Of a DNA stretch of 64,000 nucleotides, positions 11,294 through 19,210 are shown in pieces. The notes beneath the pieces were generated by a model. That model was not told where the DNA came from and made no database searches. It saw nothing but the letters and a program-made list of their open reading frames with translations. Both the position numbers and the translations under genes were made by a program. The DNA comes from Selenomonadales bacterium (GTDB lineage Bacteria; Bacillota; Clostridia; Christensenellales; QALW01), in contig QALW01000010.1 of assembly GCA_003150515.1 (NCBI GenBank), positions 15,894 to 79,893 on the forward strand. The letters are read 5' to 3'. Every line of letters starts with the position of its first letter. Position 1 is the stretch's first letter.

Positions 11294-12001
11294 TTACTTT
11301 GAGCCCTTGCTTCCGTTACATTTACTACATAGAACACGCAAATTTGAAGGAATACTTTTTCCACCTTTGGAGATTGGAATAATATGATCTATATGTAATC
11401 CAACTTCATCTGGCATATATTTTTTGCAAATCTGGCATGTATAGTGATCTCGTTCCATAATTTTTTTTCGCAAGGAAGGAGTCATGAGTTTTCGTTGACT
11501 TTTACTGTTATAATTTCTTAATGTTGTTTCAAAACCGATTTTTTCAAGCTGCTTATGACGATTATCCATCCATTGCCAATTTACTGCCCATTCAGAGACG
11601 ATAACAGATACTTTGTACGCCGTTTTTATATAATTTCTTTGTTGATAACGAGTTTGTTTTCTAATAACCTTAAAATGGAATGCTAGTTTATCATCTAGAA
11701 TGTTTTGGTATTGTTGCGCGCGATATTTCTTTAATCTACAAGCTTGAATATAGTTTTCGGTTTCTTTTTTCCACTCATCAATCTTTTGTTGATGAGTTTG
11801 TATCATTTTCCAGTTCTGTTCGTCTCGAAGAAAATTATCAATATAATCTTCTATTTTAACACTTCGTTTGCCCGTTATATCAAATGAATGAGTAAAATAT
11901 GGGTAATGAAATGGATTTCGTAAAATTCGGCATGTGAGATATATCAATATACACAATACTGAAAAAATAACTACTATTAATAACCATGCGTTTTCAAACA
12001 C
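11294..12001 (-). CDS. membrane-anchored HNH endonuclease domain protein
   Basis: N-terminal TM helix (AWLLIVVIFSVLCILIYL). C-terminal HNH motif CQICKK...HIDHIIPISKGG...NLRVLCSKCNGSKG. GTG start 6 nt after AAGGAGG. Confidence 0.75.
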   Translation of the reverse strand: MFENAWLLIVVIFSVLCILIYLTCRILRNPFHYPYFTHSFDITGKRSVKIEDYIDNFLRDEQNWKMIQTHQQKIDEWKKETENYIQACRLKKYRAQQYQNILDDKLAFHFKVIRKQTRYQQRNYIKTAYKVSVIVSEWAVNWQWMDNRHKQLEKIGFETTLRNYNSKSQRKLMTPSLRKKIMERDHYTCQICKKYMPDEVGLHIDHIIPISKGGKSIPSNLRVLCSKCNGSKGSK

Positions 12002-12182
12002 AGGATACCTCCTTCGTTAAGCTAGGGTTTATTAAATAAAATTGTATAATGCGGAGTAAAACGTAATAGTGTATTTACTACTGCGATACAATATAATTAT
12101 TTGTTTTCATTCGCAAATACATATATTATCTGGTAAACATGTTATAGGGCATCTGTGTTTATCGTATTAGTTGAAGGATATT

Positions 12183-12222
12183 ATTAAAAACCACACTTTG
12201 ACCAATAGACAAAAGTGTGGTT
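12183..12222 (-). terminator. rho-independent terminator downstream of tRNA-Met
   Basis: 11-bp stem aaccacacttt/aaagtgtggtt followed by a T-run on the minus strand. Confidence 0.7.
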
Positions 12223-12227
12223 CTTAA

Positions 12228-12304
12228 TGGTAGCGGCGAGTGGATTCGAACCACCGACCTGTCGGGTATGAACCGAATGCTCTGGCCATCTGAGCTACAC
12301 CGCC
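12228..12304 (-). tRNA. tRNA with CAU anticodon (elongator Met or lysidine-Ile2; not distinguishable by eye)
   Basis: 77 nt. Hand-folded cloverleaf: acceptor GGCGGUG/CGCCGCU, UAGCUCAG D-arm, anticodon loop UUCAUAC, GGUUCGAAUCC T-arm, encoded CCA. Confidence 0.85.
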
Positions 12305-12399
12305 ACATATCAGTATTACGGATTATAGCTTAAACCTGGGCAGTTGTCAAGCATTTATTAATCATATATAATGTCCATTGGATTTAGTTTTGACGGACT

Positions 12400-12518
12400 G
12401 CTTGGTGCCGCCGGCTGCAGCCGGCGGCGCCAAATGACACCCCCTTATCCGGAAAGCAAAGCTTTCCGGATAAGGGGGTGTCATTTGGCTCTGGCGCATT
12501 AATGCGCCAGAGCCAAGC
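12400..12518. repeat. NP4: three-hairpin module with a weak 6-bp closing stem
   Basis: Hairpins at 12402-12433 (one G-T pair), 12432-12486 (26-bp stem, apex ggaaagc aaa gctttcc) and 12487-12514. gcttgg/ccaagc closes the module. Confidence 0.85.
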
Positions 12519-12526
12519 TTTAGCAT

Positions 12527-12718
12527 TTAATCCATTTCATCTTCAATAATATCGTTCAAATGGATAGGATCAATACCGCCGTAGAAATTGCATTTGTCAA
12601 TAATTCTTTGTACTTTGTCAGAATCATGGGATAATAGTTTATACACGTCACCGCACCTTATTCCATACATGGCTCCAACACCTTCTACAGGGACTTCGAA
12701 AATTTCGCATTCGTACAT
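12527..12718 (-). CDS. small conserved hypothetical protein, paralogue A (63 aa)
   Basis: MYECEIFE...YGIRCG...KCNFYGGIDPIHLNDIIEDE. AGGAGG lies 7 nt before the ATG. One of four paralogues in the window. Confidence 0.8.
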   Translation of the reverse strand: MYECEIFEVPVEGVGAMYGIRCGDVYKLLSHDSDKVQRIIDKCNFYGGIDPIHLNDIIEDEMD

Positions 12719-12760
12719 AATGAACCTCCTTATTAATTGGTTAAATATTTCTTTTTCTAC

Positions 12761-12803
12761 AATATATCATAAACCGAAAAAATTATCAAGTATTTTTTGG
12801 AAA
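12761..12803 (-). promoter_or_regulatory. sigma-A-type promoter of paralogue A plus upstream TTTCCAAAA box
   Basis: In gene sense: TTGATA, 17 nt, TGaTATATTGTA. A CCAAA box lies 7 nt upstream of the -35. Confidence 0.65.
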
Positions 12804-12959
12804 TTAAGTATAATAATTTTTAATAGCATATTTTATTTCATTAAAAATACAAAATTAGACATGTAAGAATAAATTACTTGCATAACATAATATATAGAGC
12901 GCATAATAGGCTATTATTTATTAAATGTTTGATTACAATTTTTAACTATTTGTAAAATT

Positions 12960-13005
12960 TATAAAATAAGATACAAGGCAGGAGAAAAATATTCTGCCTG
13001 CCTTG
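12960..13005 (-). terminator. terminator of paralogue B
   Basis: 9-bp stem caaggcagg/cctgccttg followed by T-rich sequence on the minus strand. Confidence 0.6.
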
Positions 13006-13057
13006 CTTCTATATTGCGCTGTTTTGTTATGTACCTTTGCTGTGAACTGATCAGAAA

Positions 13058-13255
13058 TTAACCTTGCCATAATTCATCTTCAATAATGTCACCCAGATGA
13101 ATTGGATCTATGCCGCCATATTCGTTGCATTTATCAGAAATTCTTTTGACATTGTCCAGATTATCTGATACCAGCGCTTTAACTCTGCCACATTTAATAC
13201 CATACATGGTCCCTTTTCCTGGAACAGTTGTCTCAAATATTTCGCATTTATACAC
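13058..13255 (-). CDS. small conserved hypothetical protein, paralogue B (65 aa)
   Basis: Start moved to the GTG 8 nt after AAGGAGG, giving MYKCEIFE... in register with paralogues A and D. YGIKCG, KCNEYGGIDPIHLGDIIEDE. Confidence 0.8.
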   Translation of the reverse strand: MYKCEIFETTVPGKGTMYGIKCGRVKALVSDNLDNVKRISDKCNEYGGIDPIHLGDIIEDELWQG

Positions 13256-13298
13256 CCTGTCCACCTCCTTCTTACTAATAAATCACCTACTTTTTTAC

Positions 13299-13342
13299 AA
13301 TATACCATATTTATCAGTATTAGGCAAGCGGTTTTTGGTAAT
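13299..13342 (-). promoter_or_regulatory. promoter of paralogue B plus TTACCAAAA box
   Basis: In gene sense: TTGCCT, 17 nt, TGgTATATTGTA. Box lies 8 nt upstream of the -35. Confidence 0.65.
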
Positions 13343-13414
13343 TTTTATAATTATTTATAAATATTTAATGTGTATTATTTCAAATAGTTACTTATTGATA
13401 AAAAATATGTAATA

Positions 13415-13516
13415 TGCTCTGGCTCTTGTAGGCCAGAGCATAGTCTCAATGTTAAACTGAAAGCATAGCTTTCAGTTTAACATTGAGACTTAGCGCCCAG
13501 CCAAAGGCTGGGCGCT
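13415..13516. repeat. NP5: three-hairpin module
   Basis: Hairpins at 13415-13440 (tgctctggc/gccagagca), 13442-13490 (23-bp stem, apex gaaagc ata gctttc) and 13492-13516 (agcgcccagcc aaa ggctgggcgct). Confidence 0.9.
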
Positions 13517-13531
13517 GCCTTAAAAATGTTT

Positions 13532-13723
13532 TTATTTAATTTGGGCGTCATCGATAATATCTCTCAGGTGTATCGGATCTATACCATATTTGTTGCATTT
13601 GTTTGTTAGTTTCTGAACTTTGACAAAGTTGCGGGAGATAAGCTGATGAGTTTCACCGCATTTAATTCCATAGACAATTTCTCCGTTTTGGTTTTTCTCT
13701 TCATAGACTTCGCATTTAAACAT
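13532..13723 (-). CDS. small conserved hypothetical protein, paralogue C (63 aa)
   Basis: Start moved to the ATG giving MFKCEVYEE..., by homology. YGIKCG, KCNKYGIDPIHLRDIIDD. Confidence 0.75.
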   Translation of the reverse strand: MFKCEVYEEKNQNGEIVYGIKCGETHQLISRNFVKVQKLTNKCNKYGIDPIHLRDIIDDAQIK

Positions 13724-13762
13724 TGCTCCATTGCTCCTTAACAAAAGAAGATATTTTTTTAT

Positions 13763-13803
13763 AATATATCACATTTAAGAACAGAATGCAATTATTTTGG
13801 TAA
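13763..13803 (-). promoter_or_regulatory. promoter of paralogue C plus TTACCAAAA box
   Basis: In gene sense: TTGCAT, 17 nt, TGaTATATTATA. Box lies 5 nt upstream of the -35. Confidence 0.65.
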
Positions 13804-13937
13804 TTTTTATTGTTAAAATTTTTCAAATTATAAACTGAAATATTTTCATAATTTTAAATAAGTATTATATATGTTGTATATATAAGGACAGATTGTTTAA
13901 TTAATAAATGACCTATTTTTTATTAGAGAATTATTTT

Positions 13938-14072
13938 ACTGGGGGGCGGCGCGAGCCCGGCCTGCGGCCGGGCTCAGCGGAGCACAGATATGGGAAAGCG
14001 CAGCTTTCCCATATCTGTGCTCCGCCAGCGCATGGCGCCTTAATGGCGCCATGCGCTGCGCCGCCCCCCAGT
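13938..14072. repeat. NP6: 14-15-bp outer stem enclosing three hairpins (four-way junction)
   Basis: Outer arms actggggggcggcg/cgccgccccccagt. Inner hairpins at 13953-13975, 13977-14025 (apex gggaaagc gca gctttccc) and 14026-14058. Confidence 0.9.
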
Positions 14073-14128
14073 ATTGCTTACTTTATCTTTTCTTAAATCG
14101 GCCGTTATAATTTAGTGCGTACATATTA

Positions 14129-14923
14129 TTAAGGATGGTCGTTGATTTGATTTTTTTCCAGCCAGCGTCTGGGAGAAAGCCCCGTGCGCTTTTTGAATAC
14201 TCTGGAAAAATAATAATAATCATGAAATCCCGCCTGCCGGGAAATTTCTTTTATGGTTATGCTTGTTTCCCTGCTTGTGCGCAGTAATTGCAGGGCGAAG
14301 GCTACGCGTTTTTTTGTTAAAAACTGTACTGGCGTGTCTCCAGTGGATTTTTTAAAGAGCCTGCGAAAATAATCGTTGTTCAGCGCAAAGCGTCCGGCCA
14401 TGTGTTCAGTGTTAAAGTCGGGATTGGATATATTCGCTATAATTTCTTTTACGGCCGAGGATACATACGGATTATATGCGGTTTCATTCATAAATGAAAT
14501 GATATATTGGTTTAATGCGTCAAATAAACAATTCACAATATTTTCCCAGTTTTTTCGCTTTAGGTGGTATTCCCAATACATTTGACGCAATATATTCAGA
14601 AAATCTTCACCGTCGCTGTCATGCAGCAGAAGATGCGAGCTTCCCGCTATGGGAAATTCGTGAAATGTGTAGTGATAGTTTTTAAAGCCTGTGTCTGAAT
14701 AATCAGTATGCGGAGTTTCAGGCGCTATTAAAAAAATATCTCCCTTTTTAAAGGGATATCTGCGTCCGTCTATTTCCACAATGCCCGAGCCGTCGGTATA
14801 ATATACCCCTTCCCATAATTCGTGCGTATGTACCTTAACGCGGTATGTGCTGTTAAAAAGCCGCCCTACATATTTAGGCCCGGCGCTTCGGGCATAGCGC
14901 TCCGTATGCTTGTTCTGTTCCAT
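14129..14923 (-). CDS. AraC family transcriptional regulator (cupin sensor plus HTH)
   Basis: 264 aa. C-terminal AraC-type double HTH (ISRQAGFHDYYYFSRVFKKRTGLSPRRW). Divergent from the sugar operon. Confidence 0.85.
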   Translation of the reverse strand: MEQNKHTERYARSAGPKYVGRLFNSTYRVKVHTHELWEGVYYTDGSGIVEIDGRRYPFKKGDIFLIAPETPHTDYSDTGFKNYHYTFHEFPIAGSSHLLLHDSDGEDFLNILRQMYWEYHLKRKNWENIVNCLFDALNQYIISFMNETAYNPYVSSAVKEIIANISNPDFNTEHMAGRFALNNDYFRRLFKKSTGDTPVQFLTKKRVAFALQLLRTSRETSITIKEISRQAGFHDYYYFSRVFKKRTGLSPRRWLEKNQINDHP

Positions 14924-15482
14924 TTTTAGGCCTCCGTTTTTTAATTAGTTTTTATTCAGCGAGCCGTCTGCGTTTAAAACGGGTCGCGCTTATGCAAGCA
15001 CGCAAAACGGGCAGGGCGCGCGCAAAGCCGGCCAATCAGGACAAAACGCCGGATAAGAGGTTTAGGCCGCAGCTTTTAAGAAGCATGAATAGCGTGATAA
15101 TTTTAATATATGTTTAGCTGCTGCGCGGGCCGCGGCTGAATCAGTCGAAAAATCAGCTCCACGCCCCTTTTATTTTAATATAATATGTCTGTTTTGTCCA
15201 TCTTATTATCTGTTTTGTATATATACTCTTGCCCGTTGGGGGACTATACTAAAAATAAGATTGGACAATTCAATCAGAGTACAATGCGCTTTTGCGGGAG
15301 CGCGCGTCGCGTCCGCTTTGCCGCGCAGCTTTAAGACGCCGGATTTTTGCCTGGACGGCAATTAAACAGAAAAGGAAAGCTGCTCCCTTTAATGCGCGTT
15401 GCGCTATATTTGCATTGTCCGGATAATATATATGGGCTCTGTGTTTTTAGCTCTCTTTGAGGGGCCAGGGAAGGAGACTGCC

Positions 15483-16685
15483 ATGAATAAAAAACAGGAT
15501 TTAATTAAAGAACATTTGGAGAAGAGCGGAGGTATATTGAATTTAATCCCGGTATTTGTTCCGCGCCGGTTCGGATCGGCCGGACATCGGCTTAAGTTGC
15601 ATCCGGACGATTATTACGCTTTGGGCACAAAGCGCGGCTCCATTAAGGAGCGCTGGTTTTCTTCGGTTATCTGCCCTATGAACGGGACGGACGCGGCTGA
15701 GGACGAGGGCCTGAGCTATGTTAATTTAACGGGCAGGCTGGAGGATAAAATTTCTCTCAGGGATTTTGTTAATACTCTTAAAGGCGAGCTGATTGGGAGC
15801 GCGCTGTATGACAAATACGGAAACTGGCCCATGTATTCCAAATTTTTCGACTATGAGGGCCCTTTATTCCATCATCTGCATCTGAGCTTTGAAGCGGCCG
15901 CCAGAGTGGGCAAGCTGGGCAAGCCTGAAGCCTATTATTTTCCTCCTCAGTATAATAATTATATGGGCAAATTCCCTCATACTTATTTTGGATTTGATCC
16001 GGACGTTACCAGAGAGGAAGTGAAAGAACGCCTGAAGGGATATACCGACAGAGACACCCGTATTACCGAATTATCCCGGGCGTATAGGGTTGAGCTGGGC
16101 ACGGGCTGGTATACTCCGCCGGGAGTGGTGCATGCTCCGGGTTCAGTTTTGACCTATGAGCCTCAGTGGAATTCAGACGTCAATTCGGTATATGAGAATA
16201 TCTGCGACAACGAAATATATGATTACAGCTTTTTGGCCGAAAACTGCCCTGAAGATAAATGGCATGATCTGGACTATATTTTAGATTTGCTGGATTGGGA
16301 GAAAAACGTCGATCCCCATTACCGCAAGAGCTATTTCCGCCCGCCCATAACCATTGCGGAAAACGAGCAGTATACTGAAAAATGGATAGCTTACGGCAAT
16401 GATTATATCGCGGCCAAGGAATTAACCGTGCAGCCGGGAGCAAGGGTTATGATTCAGGACAATACTCCATATGGCTGTATAATCGTACAGGGCTATGGCA
16501 AAATAGGCGCTCATAACTGCGCCTGCGCTACTATGCTGCGTTTCGGCCAGCTCAGCCAGGATGAATTTTTTGTTTCCTATGACGCGGCGAAACAGGGCGT
16601 AAGCATAGAAAACCACAGCAGCTGCGAGCCGCTGGTTATGCTTAAGCATTTTCCTAGCAATTCTTTAGTGCCCAGGGCTGAATAA
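15483..16685 (+). CDS. cupin-fold protein, putative sugar isomerase (unassigned)
   Basis: 400 aa from the ATG after GGAAGGAG. First gene of the operon with 3-epimerase, kinase and 4-epimerase. The function is inferred only from context. Confidence 0.45.
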   Translation: MNKKQDLIKEHLEKSGGILNLIPVFVPRRFGSAGHRLKLHPDDYYALGTKRGSIKERWFSSVICPMNGTDAAEDEGLSYVNLTGRLEDKISLRDFVNTLKGELIGSALYDKYGNWPMYSKFFDYEGPLFHHLHLSFEAAARVGKLGKPEAYYFPPQYNNYMGKFPHTYFGFDPDVTREEVKERLKGYTDRDTRITELSRAYRVELGTGWYTPPGVVHAPGSVLTYEPQWNSDVNSVYENICDNEIYDYSFLAENCPEDKWHDLDYILDLLDWEKNVDPHYRKSYFRPPITIAENEQYTEKWIAYGNDYIAAKELTVQPGARVMIQDNTPYGCIIVQGYGKIGAHNCACATMLRFGQLSQDEFFVSYDAAKQGVSIENHSSCEPLVMLKHFPSNSLVPRAE

Positions 16686-16850
16686 AATTTGGGCGCCTGT
16701 CCCCAAAAGGATATTATTCTGAAATCGGGCGGGGGCGGAAGAATGAAACTCCCGGCCGGGCGGAAAGGCGCATGCCTCTAGGCCTGCCGGACGGCTTTGG
16801 GCCCAATTAAAAAAGATATTCATATTTATATATGTGTTAAGGAGGCCAAT

Positions 16851-17672
16851 ATGAAGCGCAGACTTGGCTTATATGAAAAATCCATGCCGGACGGTCTTAG
16901 CTGGAGGGAAAAGCTTGCAGCCGGCCGGGAAGCGGGCTTTGACTGGCTGGAGATGAGCGTGGACGAATCAGACGCGCGTTTGTCCAGGCTGGAATGGAGC
17001 CCGCGTGAACGCCGGGAACTGGTAAATTTATGCCGTGAGACGGATTTTTATATTGACACTATCTGCCTGAGCGGACATAGAAAATATCCCATAGGCAGCG
17101 CCAGGGCTCAAATTGAGGCACGGGGCATGCGCATAATGGAACAGGCTATAGAATTAGCTTACGATTTGGGTGCGCGCATTATTCAGCTTGCCGGCTACGA
17201 CGTTTATTACGACGAGGATTCCACTCCCTGTACTAAAGAGCGCTTTATGCAGAATTTATGGGAAAGCACGCGCATGGCGGCTTCCAGGGGAGTGATTCTG
17301 GCCCTGGAAACCATGGAAAACGATTTTATGAATACAATCGGCAAGGCTATGTATTATGTCAATACGATTAATTCGCCCTATCTAAAAATATATCCCGATA
17401 TGGGGAATATAACCAATGCCACAGGACATATAGCTCAGGATATACGCGCGGGCAGAGGGCATATAGCGGCGGCGCATTTAAAGGAAACTAGGCCGGGCGT
17501 CTTCCGCAATCTGCATTTCGGAGAGGGAGATGTGGATTTTAAATTGGTTACAGACGTGCTCAAGGCTCAGGATGTAGCCATGTTTACGGCGGAATTCTGG
17601 TATGACGGAAATGAAAATTGGAAAGAGACGCTTAGAAACAGTCATGATTTTCTAAGGCCGTATCTTGAATGA
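16851..17672 (+). CDS. L-ribulose-5-phosphate 3-epimerase (UlaE/SgbU family, xylose-isomerase-like TIM barrel)
   Basis: N-terminus LGLYEKSMP..LSWREKL..AGFDWLEMSVDE is typical of the family. ATG after AAGGAGG. Confidence 0.8.
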   Translation: MKRRLGLYEKSMPDGLSWREKLAAGREAGFDWLEMSVDESDARLSRLEWSPRERRELVNLCRETDFYIDTICLSGHRKYPIGSARAQIEARGMRIMEQAIELAYDLGARIIQLAGYDVYYDEDSTPCTKERFMQNLWESTRMAASRGVILALETMENDFMNTIGKAMYYVNTINSPYLKIYPDMGNITNATGHIAQDIRAGRGHIAAAHLKETRPGVFRNLHFGEGDVDFKLVTDVLKAQDVAMFTAEFWYDGNENWKETLRNSHDFLRPYLE

Positions 17673-17695
17673 CGAGGAGCAGGAGAATATAATTT

Positions 17696-19192
17696 ATGGC
17701 TGAATATTTTTTGGGCGTGGATAACGGAGGAACGGTTACCAAGGCCGCGATTTTTGATCAGAACGGCCGGGAAATAGCCTCGACTTCTCAAAGCACTCCT
17801 GTGCTTACTCCTAAAAAGGGATATTTTGAGCGGGATATGCTCAATCTCTGGCAGATTACCGCCGGCGCTATACGCCGGGCCATAGCCCAATCGGGCGTGC
17901 AGAGCGGGGAAATAGCGGGCGTAGGATGCACTGGGCATGGCAAAGGCTTATATCTCTGGGGCAAAAATAATTCTCCCGCTTATAACGCTATTGCTTCGAC
18001 CGACCACCGCGCCGCAGAAATCACAGAGCGCTGGCATAAGGACGGAACGGCTTTGCGCGCCCGCGAAAAAACCCTTCAGAACGTTATAGAATGCCAGCCC
18101 GCCCCCTTGCTCGCCTGGCTCAAAGAAAATGAGCCCGAGGCTTATGCAAATATAAAATGGATTTTCGAGGCTAAGGATTACATTCGTTTTATGCTCACGG
18201 GGGAGGCTTACGCCGAGGAAACCGATTATTCGGGCACCAGCCTTATGAATCTGCTCACGCGCGATTTTGACGAGGAGCTTTTAAGGCTTTGGGGGCTGGA
18301 GGAAATTAAGGACTGCCTGCCTCCGTTAAGGCATTCCTTTGAAAACTGCGGCCGTATTACCGCCAAGGCCGCCCGGGCAAGCGGCCTGATTGAGGGGACG
18401 CCCGTATGCGGCGGGATGTTTGATATAGACGCATGCGCAATAGCTATGGATGTGAGCAGTCCTCAAAAGCTGTGCGCGATAACGGGCACCTGGAGCATAA
18501 ACGAATATATTTCTTCCGTTCCCGTACCTGCCGATTCCAGCACGCTGAATTCGCTGTTCTGCATTCCGGGCTATTATTTAATAGAGGAGAGCAGCCCGAC
18601 TTCAGCGGGAAATCTGGAATGGGTGATTGATAATTTTTTTAAGAGGGAAAAGGAAAGGGCTGCGGCTGAGGGGCGTTCTGTGTATGAATATATAAACGCA
18701 GCCGTGGCCGGAGCGCCCGTGACTGAAATTATATTCCTGCCTTTTTTATACGGGACCAATTATCCGGGCAGCGGCGGCGCGCAGTTTGCGGGCATAACGG
18801 GGGAGAGCACGGCGGCGGATATACTTCGGGCGGTTTACGAGGGCGTGGCTTTTTCTCATCTGAGCCATATTGAAAAGCTGCTTTTAAGGAGAGAAAAGCC
18901 TGAAGCCGTGCGCATAGCGGGCGGAGTGGTTAATTCGGATATATGGCTTCAAATATTCGCGGACGTAATCAATATTCCTCTGGAGGTAGTCCAAACCAAA
19001 GAATTGGGCGCGCTGGGATGCGCCATGGCGGCGGCGGTATGCGCGGGAAAATATAAAGATTACGCGCACGCGGCCGGGCATATGGTCAAGGTTAAAAAAG
19101 TTATTAAGCCCAATGAGGGCATGCATCATATATATATGAAAAAATACAGGCGTTATAAGGCGCTGGCAGAATTGAGCTGCCGGATTAATTAA
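17696..19192 (+). CDS. FGGY-family carbohydrate kinase (L-xylulokinase-like)
   Basis: 498 aa. N-terminus YFLGVDNGGTVTKAA, and FGGY C-terminal domain motifs. Confidence 0.8.
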   Translation: MAEYFLGVDNGGTVTKAAIFDQNGREIASTSQSTPVLTPKKGYFERDMLNLWQITAGAIRRAIAQSGVQSGEIAGVGCTGHGKGLYLWGKNNSPAYNAIASTDHRAAEITERWHKDGTALRAREKTLQNVIECQPAPLLAWLKENEPEAYANIKWIFEAKDYIRFMLTGEAYAEETDYSGTSLMNLLTRDFDEELLRLWGLEEIKDCLPPLRHSFENCGRITAKAARASGLIEGTPVCGGMFDIDACAIAMDVSSPQKLCAITGTWSINEYISSVPVPADSSTLNSLFCIPGYYLIEESSPTSAGNLEWVIDNFFKREKERAAAEGRSVYEYINAAVAGAPVTEIIFLPFLYGTNYPGSGGAQFAGITGESTAADILRAVYEGVAFSHLSHIEKLLLRREKPEAVRIAGGVVNSDIWLQIFADVINIPLEVVQTKELGALGCAMAAAVCAGKYKDYAHAAGHMVKVKKVIKPNEGMHHIYMKKYRRYKALAELSCRIN

Positions 19193-19210
19193 CGCGGAAA
19201 GGAATAAGGA

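Larger units (their letters stand above)
11190..13937. mobile_element. AT-rich islet (HNH nuclease, tRNA-Met, three small paralogous genes); possible horizontally acquired segment, no integrase seen
   Basis: Abrupt visible drop in GC relative to the flanks. GC-rich palindromes are embedded in it. It contains a tRNA gene. Confidence 0.4.

Noticed and set aside
13938-14072. Outer-stem-plus-three-hairpin 'cloverleaf' elements (also 25650-25738, 25756-25838, 27417-27498 and 52859-52945) as tRNA or tRNA-like genes.
   Set aside because: The loops are 3-5 nt, so there is no 7-nt anticodon loop. There are no D-loop or T-loop consensus sequences (no GG, no GTTCRANYC), no linker bases at positions 8-9 or 26, and no discriminator or CCA. 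Stem lengths do not fit tRNA geometry.
12400-14072. Integron-like cassette array (small same-strand ORFs, each followed by an imperfect palindrome resembling attC).
   Set aside because: There is no intI or attI nearby. The palindromes lack the R''/R' core sites (RYYYAAC / GTTRRRY) and extrahelical bases. Each gene has its own promoter and SD, and identical elements occur at ordinary housekeeping gene ends.
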